Notes under the pieces: generated by a model
The model's input: only the letters and a program-made list of their open reading frames with translations
What the model was told of the DNA's origin: nothing
Database searches by the model: none
Source: Aquabacterium sp.
GTDB taxonomy: Bacteria > Pseudomonadota > Gammaproteobacteria > Burkholderiales > Burkholderiaceae_C
Direction: 5' to 3'
Length of the DNA stretch: 64,000 nucleotides
Assembly: GCF_036273115.1 (NCBI RefSeq)
Contig: NZ_DASUIN010000026.1
Location: 21,653-85,652, forward strand
In this document: in pieces, positions 27,972 to 37,172 of the stretch
Layout: the number at the start of each line of letters is the position of its first letter
Position numbering within the stretch: position 1 is the first letter of the stretch
Position numbers and translations under genes: made by a program

Positions 27972-28807
27972 TCCTCCCGGGTGGACTGGGCGAAGGCATG
28001 GCGCAGTCGCCGTGCCAGTTCATGCTCATCGAGGCTGTCGACCATCAGGTGCCTGGGCACGGCATACAGCGGGTCATTCAGGCTCGCCGAGCGGTTCTCC
28101 AATGCGAAGGCGGCACGATAGCCTTCGGCTTCAGCCATCTGCTGCAAGCCTGCATCACTGAGCCCGAAAGGCCAGGCCAGCAGATGGGCCTCCACCCCCA
28201 ATTTCTGCCGCAGGACTTCGCGAGGACGGTGCAGTTGCATGCGGGCTGCTTGCTCGAACGCGGCTGCAGCCATCGTGCGCCGATCGCGCACGAGGTTCGG
28301 GTGCCAGTAGGTGTGCGATTGAATCGACACGCCGGTTTGCTGTCGGGCTTGCCGTAACTGGTCCCAGGTCATGGCGTAGCTGGCATTTGAAATGGCCGAG
28401 GGGTAGATGAAGAGCGTGATGGGCCAGCCCCTGGCTTTGAGGCGCGGCAGCAAGACTTCGGCTTGCGAGCGATGCCCATCGTCGGCCGTGAGCACCACGG
28501 CGCGCTCGGGCAGGTGGGGGCGTTCGCCCCGGCGGTAAGCCACCCAATCCGACAAGGGAATGAGTTGAGCCCCCAGTTGCGCCAGTGTGTCGAGGTGCGC
28601 CTCGAAGCGTTGGGTGCGCACGGTCATGCTGTCGACGGCGCTGTCGGCAAAGCGGTGGTAAGCCAGAATGGGCACACTGTGGCCCGAGGCTGGGGAGCGG
28701 ATTGCCGCATGGGCGCTCAAAGAGCCCCAGGCGGCACACAGCGCGCCGCCGAGCCAGGCGCGGCGTGACAAGGGGGCGCCGAAGCAGGTATCGTGAGAAG
28801 CGTTCAT
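27968..28807 (-). CDS. Polysaccharide deacetylase (NodB homology) with a twin-arginine signal
   Basis: SRRAWLGG Tat motif. TADDGH and HTYWHP motifs. The start is trimmed to the ATG at 28807; the other 517 codons of the 796-aa ORF are antisense shadow. Confidence 0.85.
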   Translation of the reverse strand: MNASHDTCFGAPLSRRAWLGGALCAAWGSLSAHAAIRSPASGHSVPILAYHRFADSAVDSMTVRTQRFEAHLDTLAQLGAQLIPLSDWVAYRRGERPHLPERAVVLTADDGHRSQAEVLLPRLKARGWPITLFIYPSAISNASYAMTWDQLRQARQQTGVSIQSHTYWHPNLVRDRRTMAAAAFEQAARMQLHRPREVLRQKLGVEAHLLAWPFGLSDAGLQQMAEAEGYRAAFALENRSASLNDPLYAVPRHLMVDSLDEHELARRLRHAFAQSTREE

Positions 28808-28876
28808 CCTGCTTGCAAGAGTAGGGCATTCGGGCCCGATTCGCATGCGCGGGATCAAAGTACACGGGGGAGCATC

Positions 28877-30367
28877 GTGGCATCTGACCGACCGGACCAG
28901 GCTGATGAGTTGGCCGCATTCATGGCGGCGCTGAGCCAGGCCTTGCATGCCACCGTGGTCGAAACCCATATCTCCTGGGTGCTGCTCGATGGCACATCTG
29001 CCTGGAAGATCAAAAAACCCTTGAAGCTGGCATTTCTGGATGCCACTCGCCTGGAAACCCGTCGCCAATGGTGCGAGGACGAAGTGCGCTTGAATCGCCG
29101 CCTCGCGCCTGATCTGTACCTGGGTGTGGTGCCCATTCACGGCGCACGCGCGCACCCGAATCTCACAGGTCAGGGGCCGGTGGTCGACTACATGGTGCAC
29201 ATGCGCCAGTTTCCGGACGATGCCTTGCTGAGCCATCGCATGGGGCCGGGGCAGCTTGACCCCGCCTTGCTGGACGATTGGGCGCGCGATCTGGCCCGTT
29301 TTCATGCCGACGCGCCTGCTGCGACAGTCGCCGCCCGATGGGGCAACCCGCAATCGATTGAGGCCGGCATGCAGGGCGTGCTGGATGGCCTGGCGGCGCA
29401 GGAAGGTGTACCTCAGACCGCCCTGTCGGGGCTGCGAGCTTGGGCGTCTGAGCAGGCCAGGTTGCTGGCCCCCGTCTGGCCGGTTCGGCAGCAACTGGGC
29501 CGGGTGGTGGAAGCGCACGGCGACCTTCACCTCGACAACGTTCTTTTGTGGCAAGGTCGTATCACTGCATTTGATTGCATCGAGTTCGACCCTGCCTTGC
29601 GCTGGATCGATGCACTCAGCGATGTGGCGTTCTTCGCCATGGACCTGGTGGCGCATGACCGTGAAGACCTGGCGTGGCGCTTTCTGAATGCCTACCTGGA
29701 TGCCAGTGGCGACCACGCCGGCTTGCCGGTGCTGCGGCATCAACTGGTTTACCGAGCCCTGGTGCGCGCCCTTGTGGCGAAATTGCGTGAGCGACAGCGG
29801 CGCGACCAGATGGCCGGCGGATCGATGCCCCGGGGGCCTGACTACTTGGCCCTGGCGCTGCGATGGGTGGGCGTGGCAGCCCCTGTGGCCACACCGCAGT
29901 TGGTCATCACCCATGGGGTTTCGGGTTCGGGCAAAACGGTGGCGGCGGGGCTGTGGTCCGCCCGGCACGAGGCCATTCGGCTTCGCTCTGATGTGGAGCG
30001 CCAACGCCTGTTCGGGGCAGGCGCATACACCCCAGAGCAAACGCAACGCGTGTACGAGCGCTTGTTTTACCTGGCCGATCAGGCTCTGGCCGCCGGTTGG
30101 TCTGTGGTGGTCGATGCGACGTTTCTGGCTCGGGCTCAGCGGCAGCGATTTCAGGCTTTGGCCCAGGCCCATCGCGCGCCGTTTCAGATCTTGCATTGCG
30201 AGGCGCCCGATGCTGTGTTGCGGCAACGCATCCAGCATCGTCTGGCCCAGGGACGCGACGCCTCGGAAGCCGATCTGGCCGTGTTGGCGCACCAGCAAGA
30301 CACCGCCGAGCCCTTGAGCCAGCAAGAATTGCGTCACACCCTGTGGTCTCAGACACATCAGACTTGA
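28877..30367 (+). CDS. Bifunctional aminoglycoside-phosphotransferase-like kinase / P-loop (AAA_33-type) ATP-binding protein
   Basis: N-terminal ETHISWVLL...AWKIKKP and HGDLHLDN (APH-type catalytic loop). C-terminal GVSGSGKT Walker A. The GTG at 28877 with GGGGGA upstream is preferred to 28793. Confidence 0.8.
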   Translation: MASDRPDQADELAAFMAALSQALHATVVETHISWVLLDGTSAWKIKKPLKLAFLDATRLETRRQWCEDEVRLNRRLAPDLYLGVVPIHGARAHPNLTGQGPVVDYMVHMRQFPDDALLSHRMGPGQLDPALLDDWARDLARFHADAPAATVAARWGNPQSIEAGMQGVLDGLAAQEGVPQTALSGLRAWASEQARLLAPVWPVRQQLGRVVEAHGDLHLDNVLLWQGRITAFDCIEFDPALRWIDALSDVAFFAMDLVAHDREDLAWRFLNAYLDASGDHAGLPVLRHQLVYRALVRALVAKLRERQRRDQMAGGSMPRGPDYLALALRWVGVAAPVATPQLVITHGVSGSGKTVAAGLWSARHEAIRLRSDVERQRLFGAGAYTPEQTQRVYERLFYLADQALAAGWSVVVDATFLARAQRQRFQALAQAHRAPFQILHCEAPDAVLRQRIQHRLAQGRDASEADLAVLAHQQDTAEPLSQQELRHTLWSQTHQT

Positions 30368-30442
30368 TTCAGTTCAATGCAATGACCCTGTCATGGAGAT
30401 GCTCGCGGTTTGCCGTCAGGCTTCGCTACCATCGACCTCACC

Positions 30443-30778
30443 ATGCAGGACACACCACGCTTTGAATACACCGGGCCCGAGGAACTTCGGGTACCCATTA
30501 CCCGAGCTTTGCAACGCGTGGTCGACCCTGAAGTCGCCTTGTCGATTCTGGATGTGGGGCTGGTCTACGCCGTGACCCTCACGGAAGACAAAGCCCATGT
30601 CTTGATGACCATGACCTCGGCGGCCTGCCCGGTGACCGATCTCATCATCGACGACGTTCAAGCCGAACTTGACCCGGTGATCCCGCCGCACATGAAGATC
30701 GTGGTGGAGATCTGCTGGGAGCCCCCCTGGGGGCCTGAGCGCATGAGCCCGCACGCCCGTCAGCTGATGCAATGGTGA
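30443..30778 (+). CDS. DUF59 (MIP18/SufT-like) metal-sulfur cluster assembly factor family protein
   Basis: VVDPEV.LSI.DLGLVY...MTMTS..CP motif. The ATG at 30443 is preferred. Confidence 0.8.
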   Translation: MQDTPRFEYTGPEELRVPITRALQRVVDPEVALSILDVGLVYAVTLTEDKAHVLMTMTSAACPVTDLIIDDVQAELDPVIPPHMKIVVEICWEPPWGPERMSPHARQLMQW

Positions 30779-31866
30779 AGCCGGTGCCGTTTGTCTTGCT
30801 GCGTGCGGTCGCGATGGCCCTCGTTACCATCAGTCTGTTGGGCGGCCTGCTTGGTGGTCTGATTCGGGCGGGGACCATGTCACCCGTTGCGGCGCCTTGG
30901 CAGTGGTCAGCAGCCGGGTGGCACGCTGCTTTGATGATGCCTGCCTTCTTTGGTGCCGTCATCGGCATCGAGCGTGCGGTGGCGGTGCGGGTTCGGTGGG
31001 CGTACCTCACGCCACTGGCCTCGGTCTTGGGGGGGTTGTGTTTGCTGACTGGGCATGCCAATTGGGCCAGCGGGTGCTTTGCAGTTGCGGCGGGGGTGTT
31101 TGTGGCCGTCAATGCGCTCATTGTTCGACGCCAGTCGGCGCCGCATACCTGGATGTTGTTGGGCTCGGCCATCGTGCTGTGCCTGGCCAACATCGCGTTT
31201 GGCCTGACCGGTTTGAGTGAGGCGGTGCTGGCAGCCTGGTTTGCCTTCCTGGTGCTGACCATTGCGGCCGAACGTCTGGAAATGTCACGCCTGATGCGGC
31301 GCCATCCAGCCGCGAATCCCTTGCTGGGCGCCGTGTTGCTGGCCTTGTCGCTTAGCCTGGTGGGCTTGTGGGCCAATGCGGGCTGGGCCAGCCGATTGTT
31401 TGGTCTGGCCCTGGTCGTTCTGGCCGTCTGGCTGGGCGTGTTCGATGTGGCCCGGCGCACCATTCACACCCAGGGCTTGAGCCGCTACATGGCCGTGTGT
31501 CTGTTGCTGGGCTATGCCTGGTTGGCCGTCGCGGGCGTGTGCTGGTGGGCGCAGGCCGCGGGAGGGGGTTATCGCGATGCGGCCCTGCATGCGCTCGGCC
31601 TGGGGTTCGTGATGAGCATGGTGATGGGGCATGCGCCGGTCATCCTGCCCGCAGTGGCCCGCATCAAGGTGCACTACGACGCGCGCTTTTACCTGCCCTT
31701 GGCTGTGCTTCACGCATCGCTGATGGTGCGCTTGTTTGGTGGCCACGCCAGCCCCCAGCTCAAAGCCTGGGGTGCGGGCTTGAATGTGGCCTCCCTGGTT
31801 CTATTTGTGTTGACCATGGTGACGGCCGCCATCAGCTGGCGACGCCGTCACACGCGTCACTCGTAG
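30772..31866 (+). CDS. Polytopic inner-membrane protein of unknown function (about 10-12 TM)
   Basis: The start overlaps the DUF59 stop (ATGGTGA, 30772-30778). Continuous hydrophobic helices, recurring G.ER and MGHAP motifs, no family recognised. Confidence 0.7.
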   Translation: MVKPVPFVLLRAVAMALVTISLLGGLLGGLIRAGTMSPVAAPWQWSAAGWHAALMMPAFFGAVIGIERAVAVRVRWAYLTPLASVLGGLCLLTGHANWASGCFAVAAGVFVAVNALIVRRQSAPHTWMLLGSAIVLCLANIAFGLTGLSEAVLAAWFAFLVLTIAAERLEMSRLMRRHPAANPLLGAVLLALSLSLVGLWANAGWASRLFGLALVVLAVWLGVFDVARRTIHTQGLSRYMAVCLLLGYAWLAVAGVCWWAQAAGGGYRDAALHALGLGFVMSMVMGHAPVILPAVARIKVHYDARFYLPLAVLHASLMVRLFGGHASPQLKAWGAGLNVASLVLFVLTMVTAAISWRRRHTRHS

Positions 31867-32792
31867 GCGGCCAGACGCAGCTGTTCCTGAGGTGTGAACA
31901 GCGTGGCCTTGAGTTGCTGCGCTTGTTGCGGGTCGGTCGTACGGGCTTGCTGATACTGGCGGATGCGTTCTTTCCAGGCGGCTTCCTCACGGTCCAGGGC
32001 TTCCAGCCGACGCGCGGCATCGGCGCCCACCAACTGCGTGCGGATCTGCTGAATGTCGGCTGCGCTTGCGCCGTTCTGGCGAGCTTGTTCTTCCTTGGCG
32101 GCCAGGGTCAGATGCACCACCGGCTGTTCCACATGGGCCCGGTTCTCGGGTGTCAGGGCGTCCTTCAGCTTGTCGAGTTCAGCCTCGCGCTGCGCGGGCG
32201 TCAGCGACTTGTTCTGGACGATCGCCAATTTGCGGGCCATGTAGTCGTCGTACTCGTCGACATCGCCAAACAGAGCCTTGATCTCGTCGGTCTGGAAGTA
32301 CAAGGCCCGCAGATCGCGAATGGCCTTGAAATGCTGAGCCAGGGCGGTGCCGCTGACTTCATGCATGCGGGGCTGATTGAGGTTGCCCAGCGCGGTCTTG
32401 AACTTCAGGTACGCGTCCAGAATCCGCATGGCATGTTGACGGCCTTGTTCGTTGAGTTCGCGCGCCAGGTCGGCTTCGATCGCCGCGCGAATCTGCGCCT
32501 GGGTGCGCTCGCCCACGGCGGTCAGGTGGTACTCGAAGCGGCGAATCAGTTCGGGGCTCAGTGACAGGTCATGGCCCGTGCTGGCCAGAACCCCATCTGG
32601 CTCGGTGCCGATGAAGGTGCGAGTGAAGGCCTGATCGGGGGCGTTGAGCGTGGAGGGCGTCTGCGATGCCGTGGTCGGCGTGGTGTCGTGTGGGCGCAGG
32701 GTGTAAGCCAACAGCGCACCAGCACAGGCCGCCATCGCCCAGCCCAACCGGGCCGGTTGGCTCGAACGTTGGATGAGTAGCTTGGTCGACAT
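31857..32792 (-). CDS. lif: Lipase-specific foldase (Lif / lipase chaperone), copy 1
   Basis: N-terminal anchor, then the lipase-chaperone pattern ...ILDAYLKFK...ALFG...ARRLEALDREEAAWKERI.QY. GGAG 6 nt upstream of the ATG at 32792. Confidence 0.9.
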   Translation of the reverse strand: MSTKLLIQRSSQPARLGWAMAACAGALLAYTLRPHDTTPTTASQTPSTLNAPDQAFTRTFIGTEPDGVLASTGHDLSLSPELIRRFEYHLTAVGERTQAQIRAAIEADLARELNEQGRQHAMRILDAYLKFKTALGNLNQPRMHEVSGTALAQHFKAIRDLRALYFQTDEIKALFGDVDEYDDYMARKLAIVQNKSLTPAQREAELDKLKDALTPENRAHVEQPVVHLTLAAKEEQARQNGASAADIQQIRTQLVGADAARRLEALDREEAAWKERIRQYQQARTTDPQQAQQLKATLFTPQEQLRLAAYE

Positions 32793-32802
32793 CGCAGACT
32801 CC

Positions 32803-32826
32803 AAAAAAAGACCGCCGAAGCGGTCT
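32803..32826 (-). terminator. Canonical Rho-independent terminator/attenuator between lipase 1 and foldase 1
   Basis: The minus strand reads AGACCGC-TTCG-GCGGTCT followed by TTTTTT, then GGAG-N6-ATG of the foldase. 7-bp GC-rich stem with a UUCG tetraloop. Confidence 0.8.
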
Positions 32827-32874
32827 GTCAAAAGTGAAGAAAAAGAGAGGAAGGGACCATCCGGAGCAACCGAA

Positions 32875-33912
<1,038 letters not shown>

Positions 33913-34085
33913 CTAAACGGGCGGTATTGCGGGAAAGTTCGGATTCGATTGGCGGGCTTTGTCTATGAGCGGGGCGCTGTCGCCGGCGGGCCTGTTGCGC
34001 CGAGTGCAACGCGAGGGGCTTGCTGGGGTGGTGTGTTGACGTGCTGTGGTGGGTGCGTCAGCCGGCGCGTTGCCCGAGGCGTTGC

Positions 34086-34102
34086 CTTAAGGCAGGTTTA
34101 AG
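34086..34102 (+). promoter_or_regulatory. PmrA/QseB-type response-regulator box (YTTAAK-N5-YTTAAK) upstream of the DUF1924-DHC-cytochrome b operon
   Basis: CTTAAG-gcagg-TTTAAG, a direct repeat with 11-bp phasing, ending 35 nt upstream of the ATG at 34138. Confidence 0.5.
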
Positions 34103-34137
34103 GTGCGGTTGGCACGATGTGATCCATGGAGGTTCAC

Positions 34138-34560
34138 ATGAAGCCCACATTGATTCACCGCCGGGTCCTGACTGCTGCCCGATCCATGGTCTGGGGTTCG
34201 CTTGCCATGCTGGCAACGGGCTTGGCCCTGGCTGACACCCCGCAAAGTTTCCTGGCCGACTATGCTCAGCAGGCAGGCGCCCCGGGCAACGCGACCAGGG
34301 GCCAGCAATTTTTCACCAGCCGACATGGCGGGCAGTGGAGTTGTGCTTCCTGCCATGGTCAGCAGCCAACCCAGGATGGCCGCCATGCCTCGACGGGCAA
34401 GGTCATCGCGCCCCTGGCTCCGGCCGCCAACCCACAGCGCTTCACCGATTCGCGCAAGGTCGAGAAATGGTTTCGGCGCAACTGTGGCGATGTGCTCGAC
34501 CGTGAGTGCAGCGCCCAGGAGAAGGCCGATGTGCTGGCTTGGCTCAATGCCTTGCGCTGA
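34138..34560 (+). CDS. DUF1924-family monoheme c-type cytochrome-like periplasmic protein
   Basis: GGAGG upstream of the ATG at 34138. Signal peptide. SCASCHG heme motif and KVEKWFRRNC...C..EKAD.LAWL. Confidence 0.8.
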   Translation: MKPTLIHRRVLTAARSMVWGSLAMLATGLALADTPQSFLADYAQQAGAPGNATRGQQFFTSRHGGQWSCASCHGQQPTQDGRHASTGKVIAPLAPAANPQRFTDSRKVEKWFRRNCGDVLDRECSAQEKADVLAWLNALR

Positions 34561-34577
34561 AAGACCTCGGAGGCACC

Positions 34578-35108
34578 ATGTCTGATTCGATTTCAAACGC
34601 TCGAAACCCATCTGCTCGACGCTGGTGGCGTGGCGCCTGGGTGATGGCCTTGGCCTTGCCTTGGCTCGCCTTGTCTGGGGCCTGGGCTCACGACGACGAA
34701 GGCGAGCGCTCCCAACGAGGCAAAACCCGAGTGCCCATGCTGGCGGCCTACCAGCAGGAGTGCTCGGCCTGTCACATGGCTTATCCGCCCGGGCTGTTGC
34801 CTGCCGCTTCCTGGCAAGGTCTGATGCAGGGCTTGCCTCGCCATTTCGGCACCGATGCTTCGCTCGACCCTGACACGGTCAAGAAGGTATCGACCTGGCT
34901 GACCGACAACGCTGCGCCCAGTTCGGGCCGGGCGCGTCCGCCACAAGACCGTATCACTCGATCCAGTTGGTTCGTGCATGAGCACGATGAACTGCCCCCC
35001 TCAGTCTGGCAGCGCGCGTCGGTTCGCAGTGCGGCCAACTGTGTCGCCTGCCACGCAGGCGCCGAGCAAGGAGATTTCAATGAACACCGTGTCCGTATCC
35101 CACGTTGA
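34578..35108 (+). CDS. Diheme cytochrome c (DHC family)
   Basis: Two CxxCH motifs (CSACH, CVACH), and PPGLLPA.SW..LM..L..HFG.DASLD. GGAGG RBS. Confidence 0.8.
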   Translation: MSDSISNARNPSARRWWRGAWVMALALPWLALSGAWAHDDEGERSQRGKTRVPMLAAYQQECSACHMAYPPGLLPAASWQGLMQGLPRHFGTDASLDPDTVKKVSTWLTDNAAPSSGRARPPQDRITRSSWFVHEHDELPPSVWQRASVRSAANCVACHAGAEQGDFNEHRVRIPR

Positions 35109-35835
35109 GTCGGCCCCCTCGCCGTCGCGACGCACGATTGATGCGCCTACCCGAGCCTTTCACTGGCTGCTGGCCCTGTCCTTCGTGGGAGCCTATGCCA
35201 GCGCGGAAAGCGAACGTTGGCGCCTGGTTCACATGACCTTGGGCTACACCATGCTGGGACTGATGGGCTTTCGCCTGGTCTGGTTCCTGATGGGACCGCG
35301 CCCGGCGCGCTGGCAAGCCTGGCGTGCGCGCTGGGAGGCCGGCAAGCAGGCCATCGTGGCTTTGGCCAATGGCACGGTGCGCCTGCCACCCTTGCAGTCG
35401 GCGCTGCAGACGTTGGTGCTGCTGGCGGTGTTGGCGCTCAGTGTGCTGGCGCCATTGAGTGGACATGCCTTGGACCAGGAGTGGTGGGGCGATGCGCTCG
35501 AAGACCTGCATGAAGCGGCCGGTGAGGCTCTGCTGATGCTGGTGTTGCTGCACCTGGCCGTGGTGGCGGTTGGTGCCTGGGTGCGATCGCACAACCCCTT
35601 GCGCATGATGGTGACCGGCAAGGTGCCGGGCGCGGGGCCCGATCTGGTGCCGCGCAACCGCGCCTGGTTGGGTGCCCTGTTGCTGGTGGCTGTTCTGGCC
35701 TTCTGGTGGACCCAATGGCAATCGGCCCCGAACGCCAGTGGGCCGCTGGATCGGATCGAGTGGCGTGAGTCTTCAACAGGGGCCGGACATCAGTCCACCG
35801 GCCGCCGCCATCATCATGACGATGACGACGATTGA
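35080..35835 (+). CDS. Cytochrome b561-type (Ni_hydr_CYTB family) membrane cytochrome b
   Basis: AAGGAG upstream of the ATG at 35080, which overlaps the DHC 3' end by 29 nt. RAFHWLLA...H...G helices. Unusual C-terminal HHHDDDDD. Confidence 0.8.
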   Translation: MNTVSVSHVESAPSPSRRTIDAPTRAFHWLLALSFVGAYASAESERWRLVHMTLGYTMLGLMGFRLVWFLMGPRPARWQAWRARWEAGKQAIVALANGTVRLPPLQSALQTLVLLAVLALSVLAPLSGHALDQEWWGDALEDLHEAAGEALLMLVLLHLAVVAVGAWVRSHNPLRMMVTGKVPGAGPDLVPRNRAWLGALLLVAVLAFWWTQWQSAPNASGPLDRIEWRESSTGAGHQSTGRRHHHDDDDD

Positions 35836-37172
35836 GCCGGCCAGTTCACGATGACTTGCAAGCCGCCCAACTGAGGTGAAGGGCTGAGACTGACGCTGGC
35901 GCCATGCACCCTCGCAATGCGCTGCACGATCGACCAACCCAGTCCGCTGCCTGTTTCCCCGGTGCCGGCGACGCGAAAGAAGCGTTCGCCGGCACGGCCG
36001 CGATCGGCTTCGCTCATGCCTGGTCCACTGTCTTGCACAGACAGGCTCACGGTCTGGCCTTGGTGGGTCAGCGACACGTGGATCTGCGCGCCTTGGGGGC
36101 TATAGCGAATGGCGTTGTCAATCAGGTTGCGCACCAGCACGCCCAGCAAGGTGGCGTCGCCTTCGACTCGCGCGCTGGCATCGGCATCGAGTTCAAGGGT
36201 CTGCTGCTTTGCAATGGCCTGAGTGGCCAGGTCGGCCAGACTGTGGCGCACCACCTCTCGCAGATCGATCGAGGTCAATGGCGGGGCTTCTCCGCTTTCC
36301 AGTCGTGCCAAGGTCAGCAGTTGTTCGATGAGCCGGCTCGCGCGGTCACAGCCCGCCAGGGTGGCTTGCAGGGCGTGTTGTCGTGCGCTTTCCTCGGGTT
36401 CATTCAAGGCCACTTCGGCTTGGGCTCGAATGGCCGCAATGGGTGTGCGCAACTCGTGTGCAGCGTCTGCCGTGAAGCGGCGTTCCGATTGCATCATCTC
36501 CCCCATGCGCCGCAGCAAGTCGTTGAGGGCCGCCAGCAGCGGATCCATTTCGGTGGGTGCTTGCGCCAGTTCAACTGGGGCCAGCGACAAGGCAGGTCGC
36601 TGCGTCAGGATGGCGCCCAAGCGGTGCAGGGGGCGAACGCCTTGTCGAACGGCCCACCAGATGGCCACGGCCAGCACGGGCAGGGCCAGCAGCATGGGCC
36701 ACAGGGTGCTGTACAGCCAAGCCTTCAAAATGGCCGAGCGGGAAGCGATCTGCTCGCCCACAAACACTTGAACGTCGCGCTCACGCCCCGACGTGGCAAA
36801 CACACGCCAGGCCACGCCATCGACGACCACGGTTTTGAAGCCGGGGGACGCTGACCGGGGCTGGGCAAGGAACGGCTGACTGGGGGCATTGGCCGAATGC
36901 GCAACCGACTTGCCTTCGTGGAAGATCTGAAACGCCACCTTGGGGGCGTAGCGGTGCAGGGTGGGGGCGTCGAGGTGCGTGTCGTCGTCGAATTCGCTGG
37001 CCTGCTGGGCCACCAGCAAGGCCGCTGCCTGCGCCAGGTGGCCATCGAGCAACTCATCGAGTTCGTGTCTGGCATCGAACCAGGCCGTGGCTGCCGCGAC
37101 CAGCCACACCCCGCTGACCAAGGTCAGCAGCAGGGCCAGCAACCGGCCTTGTAAGGAACGCAGTGGCCTCAT
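35814..37172 (-). CDS. Two-component sensor histidine kinase (QseC/PmrB-like: 2 TM, HAMP, HisKA, HATPase_c)
   Basis: H-box FTADAAHELRTPIAAI, and N, G1 and G2 boxes (DNAIRY, DSGPGM, GSGLGW). Confidence 0.9.
   Translation of the reverse strand: MRPLRSLQGRLLALLLTLVSGVWLVAAATAWFDARHELDELLDGHLAQAAALLVAQQASEFDDDTHLDAPTLHRYAPKVAFQIFHEGKSVAHSANAPSQPFLAQPRSASPGFKTVVVDGVAWRVFATSGRERDVQVFVGEQIASRSAILKAWLYSTLWPMLLALPVLAVAIWWAVRQGVRPLHRLGAILTQRPALSLAPVELAQAPTEMDPLLAALNDLLRRMGEMMQSERRFTADAAHELRTPIAAIRAQAEVALNEPEESARQHALQATLAGCDRASRLIEQLLTLARLESGEAPPLTSIDLREVVRHSLADLATQAIAKQQTLELDADASARVEGDATLLGVLVRNLIDNAIRYSPQGAQIHVSLTHQGQTVSLSVQDSGPGMSEADRGRAGERFFRVAGTGETGSGLGWSIVQRIARVHGASVSLSPSPQLGGLQVIVNWPAQSSSSS

Noticed and set aside
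28808-30358. N-terminal 517 codons of the 796-aa minus-strand ORF 27968-30358
   Set aside because: Only the last 279 codons (from the ATG at 28807) look like a protein, with a Tat signal and a NodB domain. The rest is antisense to the APH/P-loop kinase gene and is compositionally non-protein-like.
30772-31866. Identifying the polytopic membrane protein as NnrS
   Set aside because: Size and TM count are compatible, but the hallmark WH-HEM-FGF and GFLLTA motifs are not present in the translation.
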